Below, in pieces: positions 13,218-26,600 of a stretch of DNA of 48,943 nucleotides. Every line of letters starts with the position of its first letter. Position 1 is the stretch's first letter. The translations under genes and the position numbers were made by a program. The stretch comes from Rotaria socialis (Eukaryota): contig CAJNYD010000550.1 of assembly GCA_905331295.1 (NCBI GenBank), forward strand, positions 1-48,943, written 5' to 3'. The notes under the pieces were generated by a model that made no database searches, was not told the DNA's origin, and saw nothing but the letters and a program-made list of their open reading frames with translations.

Positions 13218-15692
13218 CTAAAATAAAGAATACTATTTATTTGATTAAACTACGTCGATGAAGGTCAATTCAATACTGAGTGACAAACATTATCACACCC
13301 TTAAGTTGACTTTAATCAAAATACATGTATACCGATCGAAATTATTATGAACAACATCGATTCTGATCTGATAAAGTTGAATTATAAACGATTGGCAACA
13401 TAATAAAAATAGGTAAATGATTTTATCATTTATTTAATCGTTGTTACTAATATACGCAGGCTCGAACAAACTTGTAAATATCACTAAAAACATACATCAT
13501 GTAATTATTATGATGCCCTTGATAGGTGGTGGGTGCACATGAAAAACTAGTACTGAACGTAAATGAAACGTAGTATGAAGTCGGTCAAAATCATCGCCAT
13601 ACTTTTCATATATAGTTGTGAGTTTTATTATGATTTTCAATAGCAAACATTAAAAAAAGAACTGTTTAATTTATATAAATCATTTTAAATGTCTAGTACA
13701 GTTTTCTATTTCTTTTTATAAAATGGAAGAAATGAAATTTTGTAATACAAAAAGAAAAAGTATTTCTATGAATTCAATATATTATGAATAAAAAAAAAAC
13801 TCAAATGAAAGTATGCAAAAAAATAGTATTTGCAATTGAATGACCTTTTCCATTTCACATTTACATTAAAAAAGATAATATAATTAACTAAGTCAATGTA
13901 TATTGATTAAATTTATTCTGACGTATGTCCTTACAGATTGAATATTTTAAATCGCTTCATTAAGTCTAATAAAATCTTGATTGAATCATAAACAAACACT
14001 AAGATCAATCGGTCTCATGGCCTTTTTTTTATTGAATTGGAAGAATTTAATAAAAGCGCAACGATCATAATTTCATAAAAAATAAATAGTCGTCATTTTT
14101 TTTAAAGTTAAAGAGAATTTCACGCTTTCTAAGTTCACCTCTCTGAACGAAATCTTTGTTCTTAATAGACAACTGAATCAAAATTTTCCTTTCAATTATC
14201 CTTCGATATTAAGACATAGACACGATTGATAAATATGAATCTAAAAGATAGGTAGTAGGTTTTAAATTTCACTGATCTGCTCTTATTGAATAAATAATTA
14301 TTTAACTGTTTTAATTTCTAGAATTTTTATTTTTCGTTCTTCAATAAATAGCGAAGTAAATATTTCTCTATTAGTTATAGTTTCGTGATGAATTCATTGA
14401 TCGCGTCGAATAACTTGGAGGATTTTCAATCGGCTTCATCGGATAGTTAAAAGGGTATTTAATCAATATTTATTTCTATTTGATCAATAGTCTTTTCTTT
14501 TGGTTAATTGTTACCAAGGTAGACTACTCCATCGGTTCGGTGTGACCATACAAATAGAAGTCGACGCGGTAAGTATTGTTGATAAGCTTTAGCGTGAGGA
14601 TTAACGTTTGTCTCTCTCTCTCTGTCCCACCTATTTTTGTCATTCAAGTCGTTCATACACGATCAACACACATCAAGTACTATTGAAAAGACAATATATT
14701 TATGTATATGGACAAGTTGTGACAGCTATATTATCAATATATTTTATGCAGGTTAATATATAAAATGTGCGCATACTTAATTTTTCTTTCTTTTTTGCGT
14801 ATGATACACTTAGGTTGAAAAAGAAAATCGCTCATTTTATTAGAATAATTTTATATTCATCATTAATTCATATTTTGTCTTTTCGAGCGAGTTCATTTAG
14901 TTTTCATTTTCTTTTAGTATTTTCTAATAATTATAAACACAAAAATCAAGACGATTTTAGTTTATATTTCATCAAACATATATTATATTATGTAACAGTA
15001 ATCACACAATAGATCTATGTGATTCTATATCTATCGATCATTTGCAATATACACTGAATATGACAGTTCACATGTCTGTCTTTTTGATCATATTTCGTAT
15101 ATATATTTTAAAATTTCTCGATTTCATTGCTTTTTTTATACCCATGATAGATACACTTAAAACTGTATGCAAACACCTTCGTCATGTTCTTAAATGCATG
15201 AATATTTGAATTGGTAACAGAGATTCTTTGATAATAAATTCTCAGTTATGATAACAAATATTTATGTATACATATTTGTAGATATTGTCCATGACTGAAT
15301 TACATTTGACCTTCAGAGTGAAATGAGCCATTGAAAATACATATTAATTTTTCTTTTTTTTAAATATCGTTGTCTAATGATCTACAGTGTGTCTTATCAA
15401 TATAGTTCGAAGGTAACTTACATCACATGCTGCTTTTTTTTTATATCAGAGATTTTTTTAAAGAACAGTTCTTTTTGTTGTATTTCAAAATTCGCTTGAC
15501 CTCGTACGATTTTCGTTTCTCTTCTCTTTCAATGTGCAAGGTCTACAGAAGTGCATATATAATTATTTGTCATGGTCTTTCGTTTTTCTTTTCTGTCTTT
15601 TTTTACGTATTTAAAACATTCATATCTTCATTCATTCTGTACTTGCAAACTGAATATAGTGTTTTGTTTTCGTACTTTCAATCCTAAATCAA

Positions 15693-15694
<2 letters not shown>

Positions 15695-15729
<35 letters not shown>

Positions 15730-15802
15730 CGCTCCTGTCTCTATACATCCTCTCAACATAGAGTTATCGAGCGGAAATCGTAAAATGAAATGTATGTGTG
15801 TG

Positions 15803-15837
<35 letters not shown>
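15695..15837. repeat. (TC)n tract 15695-15724 and (GA)n tract 15804-15837 in inverted arrangement
   Basis: Direct reading; about 1 kb upstream of the intermediate filament start codon. Confidence 0.9.
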
Positions 15838-16781
15838 TTGAAGTTCGAACTCGCATTCATGTTCTTTCTGAAAGAAGAACTGCTTCTCGGCCGAGCAAAC
15901 ATTCAACTCATTTCCCCTCTCGTCTCTCCTCCCCTTGTACTACACTCCTGCTGCTATTTATGCATTAAGTTCATCTCTCCCCTGTCTCCTCCTGTGTCTC
16001 TCTCTCTCTCGCACTTATGTACCATGGAATCATAGGAACAAAAAAAAGAAGTAAAGAAGACAAAATCACAAGTCATCATCAAACAAAGAAGAAAAAACAG
16101 TGGATTTTTGACAAATAACAATTATAGATATGTAACCAATATAGATTTTCTCTTTCGTTCTGTTCTTATGTGTGCTCTATTATATTCGCATACCGAAAAG
16201 AATAGGCATCCGCCTACACTGCCTTTTCAAGTGCATAGATAAATATATTCAAAAGATGCACGAAATCGTTAATGCTTGTAGTACAATTTAAAACTGTATT
16301 CTATTAAGAACCACCGTCGCAGTCGGTCTCTTTTTTTATTCTTTCTCAACGACGCTTCATACGATTATGTGAATGTGTATACGAGTGTGACGACATCAAC
16401 TGATGTGAAGAAAAAAAAGTTATACACTGTCTCACATAAGTGTGTGAAAACAGTGGCCTTTGTTCGTTGTCGACAATGATGTCTTTAGTTTAGTAGGCAT
16501 TGGAAGAGAAAAGGTATACCAAAAGAGAGAGAGAGAGAGACAGAGTAACTGGAGATAAGACGAATCTATCAAGTTTGTGTGTCTGTGTGTGGTTATGTGT
16601 TCTCTTTTTCGCTCACTAACTCTGCCCATTCACATGTAAGAATTAGTTCATAGGAAACAGGTCTTATTTAGCATCATACAAAAAACTTTATTCCTCATAT
16701 AATTCTATTCTTTATTCACTTTCAATATAGATCGATAGGATTGTAGACTTTAAAATTTCATTAGACATCTATAAATAATCA

Positions 16782-19401
16782 ATGGCGGAAGAGTCTACGA
16801 TTGATCAAACAAGTATTATTACTACTGACGAATCTTCAGGTAATATCGGTGCATAGGTATATACATATATATATATATATATATTATTAAACCATTTGTA
16901 AAATACACAGTTTTGTGTGCATTTGTTTGCATATACTAAACGAATTTGAACAAGTATAATAGAATCATTTAATTATGTTTAAGTATGTATACTACCTGTA
17001 ATATATGGTAGACGTTACCATTTTTGGTTAAAATAAAAAGAGAAACCTAAATATAAATTTCTGTTTTGCCCTAATCATATCGCATTAAGTGTCCTCATTT
17101 GAAGGCCATCAATGAGACAGCGATTACAACTTGCGTATATATTCATGGAGAAAAAAAAGAACAGTATTACTTTCTAATGTATACAAACAATTATTGACTA
17201 ATAGCAGATAGAAACAAAATTCTAATACAATTCTTAACTAGACTAATTATAACACATATAATCATTTCATTTTCTTTTAAATCTACATACTCTCAGGTAT
17301 TACCTTCAATTTTTTTTCGCTCAGGTAAATATTTCAGTCTGCTCTAGACTTGTGCATAAAAATCATCATCATCATCATACATATTTGTCATTGATTATTT
17401 TTCTCTTTCTTATTTATTCTTCATAGGTATAGCGCCGAGCAACAATTTTCTCGGTCTACTCCCGCCACCCTATTCAATGTCAAGTCTTAAAACTACATTA
17501 GCTTTACTTCAAACATCATCTCTATCCTCTACATCATCTTCTCTGTCCTCTTCATCATATACAAATAATACTGCGCAACAAACATCAACGCAAAATAACA
17601 ATAATTACAATCCATACTCTTCTTATCGTGCTAATTCAGCAACATATACTGATTCAAATCCTATTGGAAATTCTATATATCCAATGTCATCAACAACATA
17701 TCGTTCGTCATCTTTTTCAATACCAAAAGCACCTATATTTAGTCAAACACGTGAAAAAGAAAAATTAGAATTATCAACTTTAAATGATAAATTTGCTGAT
17801 TATGTTGAAAAAGTTCGATATTTGGAAGCACAAAATAAAAAAGTTCAAATGGAAACAGGTATTCTAAATGAAAAACAACAAGTCGGTTGTCAACAAATAA
17901 AAACAATGTTTGAAAAAGAAGTCGTACAATTAAAAGAAACCATCGAAGCACTATTTAAAGATAAAAATTCAATGAATTCCAGTGCTAAAGATGCACAGGT
18001 TAGTTCTGATTTATTTTTCTTCAAACACGATACCTATTGTGATCATGAAAAAACGAATAGAGAATAAAAGAAAAGAAAAGATTCACGTGAATCAATAAAT
18101 TTATAATTTCCTTATCTATTCAGAATGGTATTCTTCCATTAAAGCAACGTCTGAATCAAACATTTAAAGAATGTGATTCATCGAAATATGAAACTGAAAA
18201 GGTCGAACGACAATTATCGTCTATTGAAGGTGATATTCTTATGTATAAACGTCGGCTTGCACATCAAGACGATGAACATACACAATGGAAACAATTGATA
18301 ACTCAAATTCAACGTCTTCTATTACAAGCAAAAAATGAAACTCATAATGAAACAATAGCGCGTACATCAACTGAGCAAGCAACAAAACAATTACGTCTTG
18401 ATATAAGTCAATTACGTGAACAACAACAGCAAAAATTGAAAGATGTTAAACAAACAACTTTGTTAAATCCAAGTTTAACAAATGATCGTTCGCATATATT
18501 TAAATCTGAACTATCAAGTGCCATTAAAAAAATTCGAGAAGATAATGAAAAACAAAATGAATTACAACGTAATACTTTCTATGAGCAATTTACTCAAGCA
18601 TACGAAGATATAGCTCGACAATATCCTGATCTTGGACATTTATTTTTAAATGAACGTGAACAAGAACGTGTAAAACAAGAAGAAGATCGTGTACGTCAAG
18701 ATATTCAACGTGTAAAAACTGATATTAATTTATTAAAACAGAAAAACGGTGAACTACGACTACGTACACGTGAATTACAAATAAATCTTGAAATGAGTTT
18801 AGAAGAAAATTCACGTTTTGAACAGATACAACATAATGAAATTGAACAATTAAAATTAAAACAAGAAAAAATTTCGAAAGACTACGATGATGTGATATCA
18901 AAACAAACGTCTTTAGAAAAAGAAATCGATACATACAGAAATCTATTAGAAGGTACTATGAAAACAGTTGTGGATACAATTACAGATGATTATAATTCAG
19001 CAACAACAAATCAAACAAAATTAAATCATCCTCATCAACAACAACAGCAGCAGCAACAGCTAAATTCATTGCCAAATAATCGTCCAACACGTTCAACAAG
19101 TGTTGATCGAAGTCCGTCATCACCTTATCTTTCTACATTAAGAAATCATAATAATCATACGAATTCATATTCTCGTTTTATGACATATAAATATAATAAT
19201 GGTACTGATACTGAATCAATAGATTCTTCACCAGCTATTGATATACCAACAACAATTGAAAATGGTTTAATAACAAGTAAAAGTGTTGGTGATTTAAGTG
19301 TAAAAAATGGTATCCATCCTCTTGAAATTAATGAAGTAACAAATGATTCTTCGTCGCCCAATAGTCGACCTACAACTATTCTTCAAACACGACGAAGTTA
19401 A
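16782..19401 (+). CDS. Cytoplasmic intermediate filament protein, about 635 aa, 3 exons (16782-16839, 17427-17998, 18124-19401)
   Basis: Coil 1A EKLELSTLNDKFADYVEKVRYLE and coil 2 end LEKEIDTYRNLLEG; rod about 357 aa by hand count. Introns are GT-AG and frame-preserving. The first exon is less certain (alternative ATG at 17477). Confidence 0.92.
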
Positions 19402-20269
19402 TACGAATTTTAAGATTTTTTTTCTCTTTTTTTTATTCTTTTATTTTCAATGTTATTATTATTATGCCTTTTATTATTATTATTATTATCATCATCGATA
19501 GTCTCTTGGTTTAATGTACAAAGAGATCAGTTTTTTTTAGATGAGAAATGAATATTAAAAGAAAGAAGAAAGAAGAAAAAATAATAAAAGAGATTCTATA
19601 ATATACTTGAAAAAAAAAAGAATTTTTATGTAGTTAATAATATTTGAAGTGTATCATAAAGACTAATTGTTTTTCTTTTAAATCTTATAATCGTGTGACT
19701 CATCTTTGGAGAAAAAAACAACATAGACTATGACAACTTTTATCTGATGCTCTTCTATTCATGCCAACAAATGTTTCATTTCAAATAGAAATAATATAAA
19801 CATTTTCATATACATAAAATTCAAACAATTCAATCTTTTGAATCTATAGAAAACACTCTTTTTGCTATTATTTTAACAAAAAAGGTATAGAAAAATCAAG
19901 CATAAGTGTTAAATAAACGATTGATTGGTAAACAAAAAAATGGTAATTGCATGGCTTTCGCTTGCTCTTTATGAAAACAAAATCCTTTCAGGTGAACACA
20001 TATGCATCGGTTCAATACTGTTTCAAATAATACAAAACGAAACGTTTTGACTTTAACATTTCATCGATAGGGATAATACGTAGATAGTGCCCTAAAAGTG
20101 ACGACGACCAAACATATCAATTTCTTGATGTAGAATTTTCTTGAAAAAGTTATTTTCATTGAAAATTTTAGAACTACAAAATAAACATAATTTTATATAG
20201 CCAACATATCATATTTGAAATATATTTTTTTCGATTTTTTGGAAATATTTTGCTTGATAAACATTAGCA

Positions 20270-20780
20270 CAATTGTAATTCTTCATCATTTTGCTATAGA
20301 TTCTGATCTAGTCTTCTGACCAAAAGGCTACTCGTAGCTTTTAATTGAATTGTTTCCTAGAATTGGATAAATCACCTACAAAAAAAACATTGTAATATCA
20401 CCAAAAAGCTGTAAAAAAATGAGATATTTATGATGATGCAACGATGATTGCTCTTGAAATAGGTAATACTTCAAAAATATTGATAATTTTGATACGGCAG
20501 GTTGTAAATAATCTTAATGGTCTCTTTTATAAACTATTGATATTGGTTTTACAATCACAGTGATGTCACAATCAAAATATTTGATATTTTGATGTCATTG
20601 AAACTGTTTCGTCTATGCAATTTATGATCGTTTTGATAAAGTAAACCTTTTTCAAAAAGTTTAGACTACTTTTGTATAACTGTTTTAAAATAGAATTCAT
20701 TTTTACATTAGAATACTAATATAAAAAAAGAACCATTGAATTCATCAATCAAACCGTTTCAATAATTTAAAACTATTATA
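20270..20780 (+). pseudogene. Possible highly degenerate hAT (ZMYM1-like) transposase fossil
   Basis: Stop- and frameshift-ridden fragments in the expected order: KGYS*LLIELF, SPK, NEIF, DTAGC, H*IHQ. Weak resemblance only. Confidence 0.2.
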
Positions 20781-22730
20781 GAAATGAAGTTTCATCTGTT
20801 CTATGTCAAAACGATATTTATATTTAATTGAAAAAAAGGCTACAACGATTAATTGATTTATGATTCGTTGTTTGAATTATTGATATTCTCGTAATTATAC
20901 GATTTTCGTCGATAAGCTAATTCTCTTGTATAATTGACTTACCAATGAAAAACTTCTTGATTTACTTTATTAATAGTAGTAAACTGCTAGCGACTTTCAC
21001 ATATGTTTTATCTCAAAAATTTATGTTGCGCACAACAATATTCAATGTTTGATTTCTAACAATTGAAAGGTAAAATAAGGTTTTAATTCAATAAGAACTA
21101 AATCAATTCTTTGCTTAAAAATATTAAAAATAATATCATTATCGTCGAATACAAGTGTGATAGATGAGACGTATCTAAAATGAATCAATCAACAAGAAAT
21201 AAGTCTCTGATAATGCTTATTGTTATTTTTTTCTATTGCTGTTTTTCTGTTCAATGAATCTTTTTGATTTAAAATTCTGATTGCATAAACAAACAAAAAA
21301 ACGTTTCTATGAAACACTACTTTTGGCAGTTGTCCAAAAAAAAATAATTAACTAGACGTCGGTACAACAACACAAATAGTTTTCAATATTCAGACTGTTC
21401 GATTAACAGGTCAATTTTTATGTCAAACATCATGGGCCATTTTCTATTTGCTTTGATCATTACAATGATAATCCGCAGAGAGCTTTACCAAAGCAATCGT
21501 CAAAAGTACGCTACATAGGAGAAGGAAAAAAAAACACTTTTCTCTTCACACGCAGTTTGGATTAAAGCCGATTCAAAAAACGAAGTGTTAGAAGAAGCCG
21601 CTATTTTTTTTATCTACGTTTCTTTCAGTTCAGATTTATCAGACACATGCTCTATCCGTAATCGCTTACGTATAATACATGTAGGTTAATTACACTTCTT
21701 CATTCTGTTCCTAGTTGCCTATCAAATAAAACGGTTGATTAAATACTTCTAAGGAAAAAATTAATAATCATAATCATACGAAAGTAATGCTTCTGTGATG
21801 TTCACTGAACTAGAAACGCATAAACCTGAACTTCTATATCCGCTCAGTATAATACGTAAGTTCTTATCTTGCATACGGCAAATATATCAGTGAATAATAA
21901 TGATTTTGACGACTATATCCGCATTTTGAACATTAACCATGGCCCTGAGGTTAAAAGTAAGAGCATAACTTCGCGCACTTATGTAATCAACACGTACTGA
22001 TCAATAAAATAAGTGCCTTTCGAACAATTAGATTTCGTTTTAAAAATGATTGAATCATAATGTCAATAAAATTTTATAGAATTAGTTAATTTATCTTCGA
22101 TCAATGACCAAGACATTCAACATTTGTATGTCAAGCATATATTTAAAAAAGTAAAAAAAAAACAGAAGAAAGGTTCGACTGAGTAACAATCTCATAATTA
22201 TTTGATATTTGCTCATGTATGAAATCGACAAATGAACAGTTTTATTCATCTTTATTATCGAATGAACTTTGCGTAATGGTTGTAATCTTTAAATTTAATT
22301 TAGACATATTTCGAATATTGAAGTCGTTTTAAACGGAAAGAAATTCTTCTTGTTGCTTTCTCGTTTCTCGTTTTTCTTTTTACCTTATGCCGTGTGTTAG
22401 ATCGGTCATCCCTTATTCTTTTACTTTTTCTTCTTTCGTTCAATAGCATACGAGAATAGAGACACGTACCTACGGTCACAAACGAACGATCGTGTGTTGT
22501 TACAGTTGACCGTAGTGTGCATATATTTTTCTTTTTTCTGTTTTTTTTGTCACATTGAAGAAAACATCACATACAAGTGACCTTGACAAGCGACAAGATC
22601 ACTCTTTCTTATACTTATTCATAATCAATTATGATAATGATTGACAAACATCATCAGCATGTATGAAAATTCTTATCTTTTTCATATCTAGTAATAGTTT
22701 TCTACTTTAGTCTTAATTAGTTTCATCGAA

Positions 22731-23042
22731 ATGGGTGCATGTTATGGCAAACGTTCAGCATGCTATGATTTAAATGAATATCGTCGTACATTAACAAAAA
22801 CCGAAATATATGAATTAAAACCACCTGAAACACCAGCAACATTACGTCGTTTTAGTAGTTTACGACATAGTATTAAAACAATTTCAGCCTTGGCACATCA
22901 TCGGCGGAGTCTACGTTACAAACCAATAACCATTGTTATGAGTCCTCATAAACATACAACTTTTGGTGGTGGTTATAGTAGTACAAGAAAAAAACATTGG
23001 TGCATTATACATTACAATGAATCGAAAGAGGCACTTGTATAA
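22731..23042 (+). CDS. Small basic orphan protein (103 aa) with N-terminal MGACYGK acylation motif
   Basis: ATG preceded by AAA-like context and AG acceptors; codon usage matches the bona fide genes (CGT, ACA, CCA, GGT); AATAAA just after the stop. Confidence 0.7.
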   Translation: MGACYGKRSACYDLNEYRRTLTKTEIYELKPPETPATLRRFSSLRHSIKTISALAHHRRSLRYKPITIVMSPHKHTTFGGGYSSTRKKHWCIIHYNESKEALV

Positions 23043-23679
23043 TAATAATAAAGAGAGAAACTTTTGTTCCGGTTTGTCCAATATAATCTTTTGAAACACA
23101 TATGTAATACAGGTGTGATTTAATTTTAAATTAAGAGTATTATAACATTAGTTGCTTGTTTCCTTTTTTTGATTTTGTCCTTTGTTTTGTTTCTTGGTGT
23201 TCGTATCGACATTAAAAATATAAAAATATTTGTTGATCGAGAAAAAAAGAAAGAAGACATTTCATATTTCATGAACTGTTTAATTATTTTTTACTTGAAT
23301 GAGCAAAAAAAAGAAAGAGAAAAAAGGAAAAATTGAACATAAGAAATTTTGTTAGAAAACCAAAGATTAAAATGAAAAAAAAAAGGACGAGAAAAAGGTC
23401 ATTTTATATAAATCGAGAGAAAAAAAGAAAGATAAATGCGTGTGAATGGTCGAAAATGAAAATCAAGGACGGTATTTTGAGAAAATAATAGTAAAGGATT
23501 AAAAAATCTTTTTTTTTTCTCCTCTCCTAATTTTACAGAGGAAGTACATAATTTAATCCTTTTGATTTCAGACGTTAAAAAAGCGAAGCTCTCAAGAAGA
23601 AGAAAAAACAGGCTTTCTTCTTATTTTTCTAGTTTTCAGTTATCAGGAATGATAATGAAGATATTTCATCTTAGTTCTG

Positions 23680-26600
23680 TTAAACTTTAACAATTTTTGA
23701 ACTTGTGAATGTGTCGCGTAATGATATAAGATTATGTGCTAATAAACAACCAAAAACATTTTCATACCATTGCGATGATCGTCCACTAAAACAATCAAAA
23801 AGTAAATAAAAATTTAAAAGTAAAAACAAAAAAACCTTTACCTAAAATCAACAGATGCTACTTGAATAACTGTCGTATATCCAGGTTGAGTTGTTGATGG
23901 CGTTATATAATAATGCATATCTTTCGTTACACCAATACTACCCGGTAAAAAATGATTTTGCAAATGATCAATTGATACGGCACTAATTAACATTGCATTT
24001 GTATCAGGTATTGAGCGTGATGCAATCTTTTTTGAAAAACTAAATAGAAGAGAAATACAGTGTTTTTTCTTCTTGTACAATACAAGAAAAAAATGAAAAT
24101 TACCGAAATTCACAGAATGATCGAACAGGTACAAGATCAAGGAAATTAAGTACGTATTGCACTATTTCTTTATCATCGTCAATTTTTTCCACTGTTCGAC
24201 TTTCAGCAAAATGATTATCCCATAGATATCGTTCATGTAAAATTCTTTGGCTGACTTGTTTAACATTCGTATTTGGTATATCAATTGAGCATTTCCACAT
24301 TGGTAAATTTATTTCATCTTTATCACAATCCACTGATGATGGTTTATGTATGGCTACATGAACACTATCTAGATTTGTTGGAACATTTTTAAATTTCGTA
24401 TTCGATAAACGCTAAGAAGAAATAGAACGAAAATGAAGAAAGATACTATTGAAAAAAAAAACTATTTTACTTGTAGAAACTGTTCACTATCTTTTGCTAT
24501 ATATTTTTTCATATGAAATTCACCACTACATGCAGTACGAACAAGATCATCAAGACGCTTAGTTTTTCTAGCCGTTGGCAATTTAAGTTCATCAGTAATT
24601 GAACTTGGAACCTATATTTATGAAAGATGAATTAACGTTAATGGTAGCAAGAATGATAGGATCCTACTCGACAAAGTAAATCAACATTTAGTATCATTGT
24701 CATCAGGCACTGTTCAAGTGTTAGACGTTCGCTTTCTTGTTGTATGGCGTCTAATTTATCTTTTTTCCATTTCCACCAAAGAACTTTCGATGTTGTAGTA
24801 TGCATATCATGATAAGATTGAAAAACAGATGGTACAAATATCCGTGCCAAACTTCGGCAAGTTGTCTATTTAGAATTAATAAAAAAAGATACCAAATAAG
24901 AGAATTATGTAAATTCTACTTCATTTTTTTATCTATTTACCTGACTATTACCAGATCGTATTGAAACATCCAGTAAAAATCGAAGAATAGTTTCAAGTAC
25001 ATCGCGAGTTTCATCTGGTAACAATAGAAATGTATAACGTATTGCTAATAGCTGTTCTTCTGGTGATACACCTAGAAAATAATTTTATTGATATTGAATT
25101 AATAAAAGAATAGCTTTGATTTTTACATTTAAGTAAATCACATAATAATCGTGTAATTGATGGTGGCATAAGACATTCAGGTAATTCACGAAAATATTGT
25201 CGAATAACATCAGCAACAACAAATGGTTGGTATTCATCAAATTTAATTGTTTCTAATGACTCGCCACTAAAATCATTGGTTGTTTCAATTTGTGAACGTA
25301 AACGGTCGATTTTCGATTTAACACCTGGCTTACGAAATAATCCTTCACATTTGCCTGCATTCATACGAACATATTGTAATGCATTAGTTATAGCAACGGG
25401 AAGTATTTGTCCTGTTGTTTGTTGATACACGCGTAGAGGAACACCAAAAACACGTTTGCCTTTCCATGTTATTGATTTTGGAAGTTTATTTAATTTAGCC
25501 AAAGTTCTAATTAAATCAATTACAATCAATATAATTGACACATCTCTCTACACACACACACGCATACACTTACATAGTTTCATGATTATGCATAGCATCA
25601 TGATTACAATTTTGTTGAGTTAATTTTAATAATTTTGACAAGGCTACAATAGATTTAATAAATTAAAATAACAATAAGAAATAAATAAATATATATATTT
25701 TCCATCAACCTGCTTCTCGTAAACGATTAATATCATTTGATAATAGTAAATGAATATTTATTTCATTGGTATTGGTTCGCATCGTTATGACTTCGTTTAA
25801 CTGAAGATTTGTTTGATCAGTTTCTTCTCTAAAATAATATATAGATATAGATATACATACATACATACATACATATATATATATATATATTCATAAATAC
25901 TTCTATAATATACATTCATGACGACATATCGATATTCAACGAAACCAGCAGGTTCACTGAATGGATTAACATCGATTATGTGTATATATAGGGTGTGCGT
26001 GAGCGAACGATAGGGCGTATATAGTATATATCGGTTGTATGAGTCTCGAGGCTCGAAATTGATTTATGTATGGATAGGGAGGATAAAGAGAAAGAGAGAG
26101 AGGGGGACAGAGACAGAGAATAAGAGGGTAAGAAGCGATGACGAATAGCTCTACATATTTTTTTTATCACCATGTGTAAGAGAAAGGAAATGAACATTGA
26201 TCTATAACTGTACTGGTTCATGATAGTATTTACTTGTCAATTTTCTATTATAAATTTATTGAAATAAAAAAAGAAGCTTTCAATTCAATTCAGTTTAAAA
26301 TTAAAAGAAAATCTATTAAAATCATATATTGACCTTGTTCGATCATATGCACACATATATATATATATATGTAGAGTAGAAAAGAAACCTTTAGATTGCT
26401 AAGAGATATTTGTATGAGAAAAATGATACGTATGTCTTCATGTCTTTTGGCAAAAAAGAAGTTTGAAGGTTTTCTCAACAAAAGAGAACAAATGAAATGA
26501 AGTACATGAAATTTCCATAGAGAATTATTTTTTTAGAAAAATCTAAAACGCAATTGATTGTAAGAGAATAACAGAAAAAAAGTATTAATCTTCGTTACCT

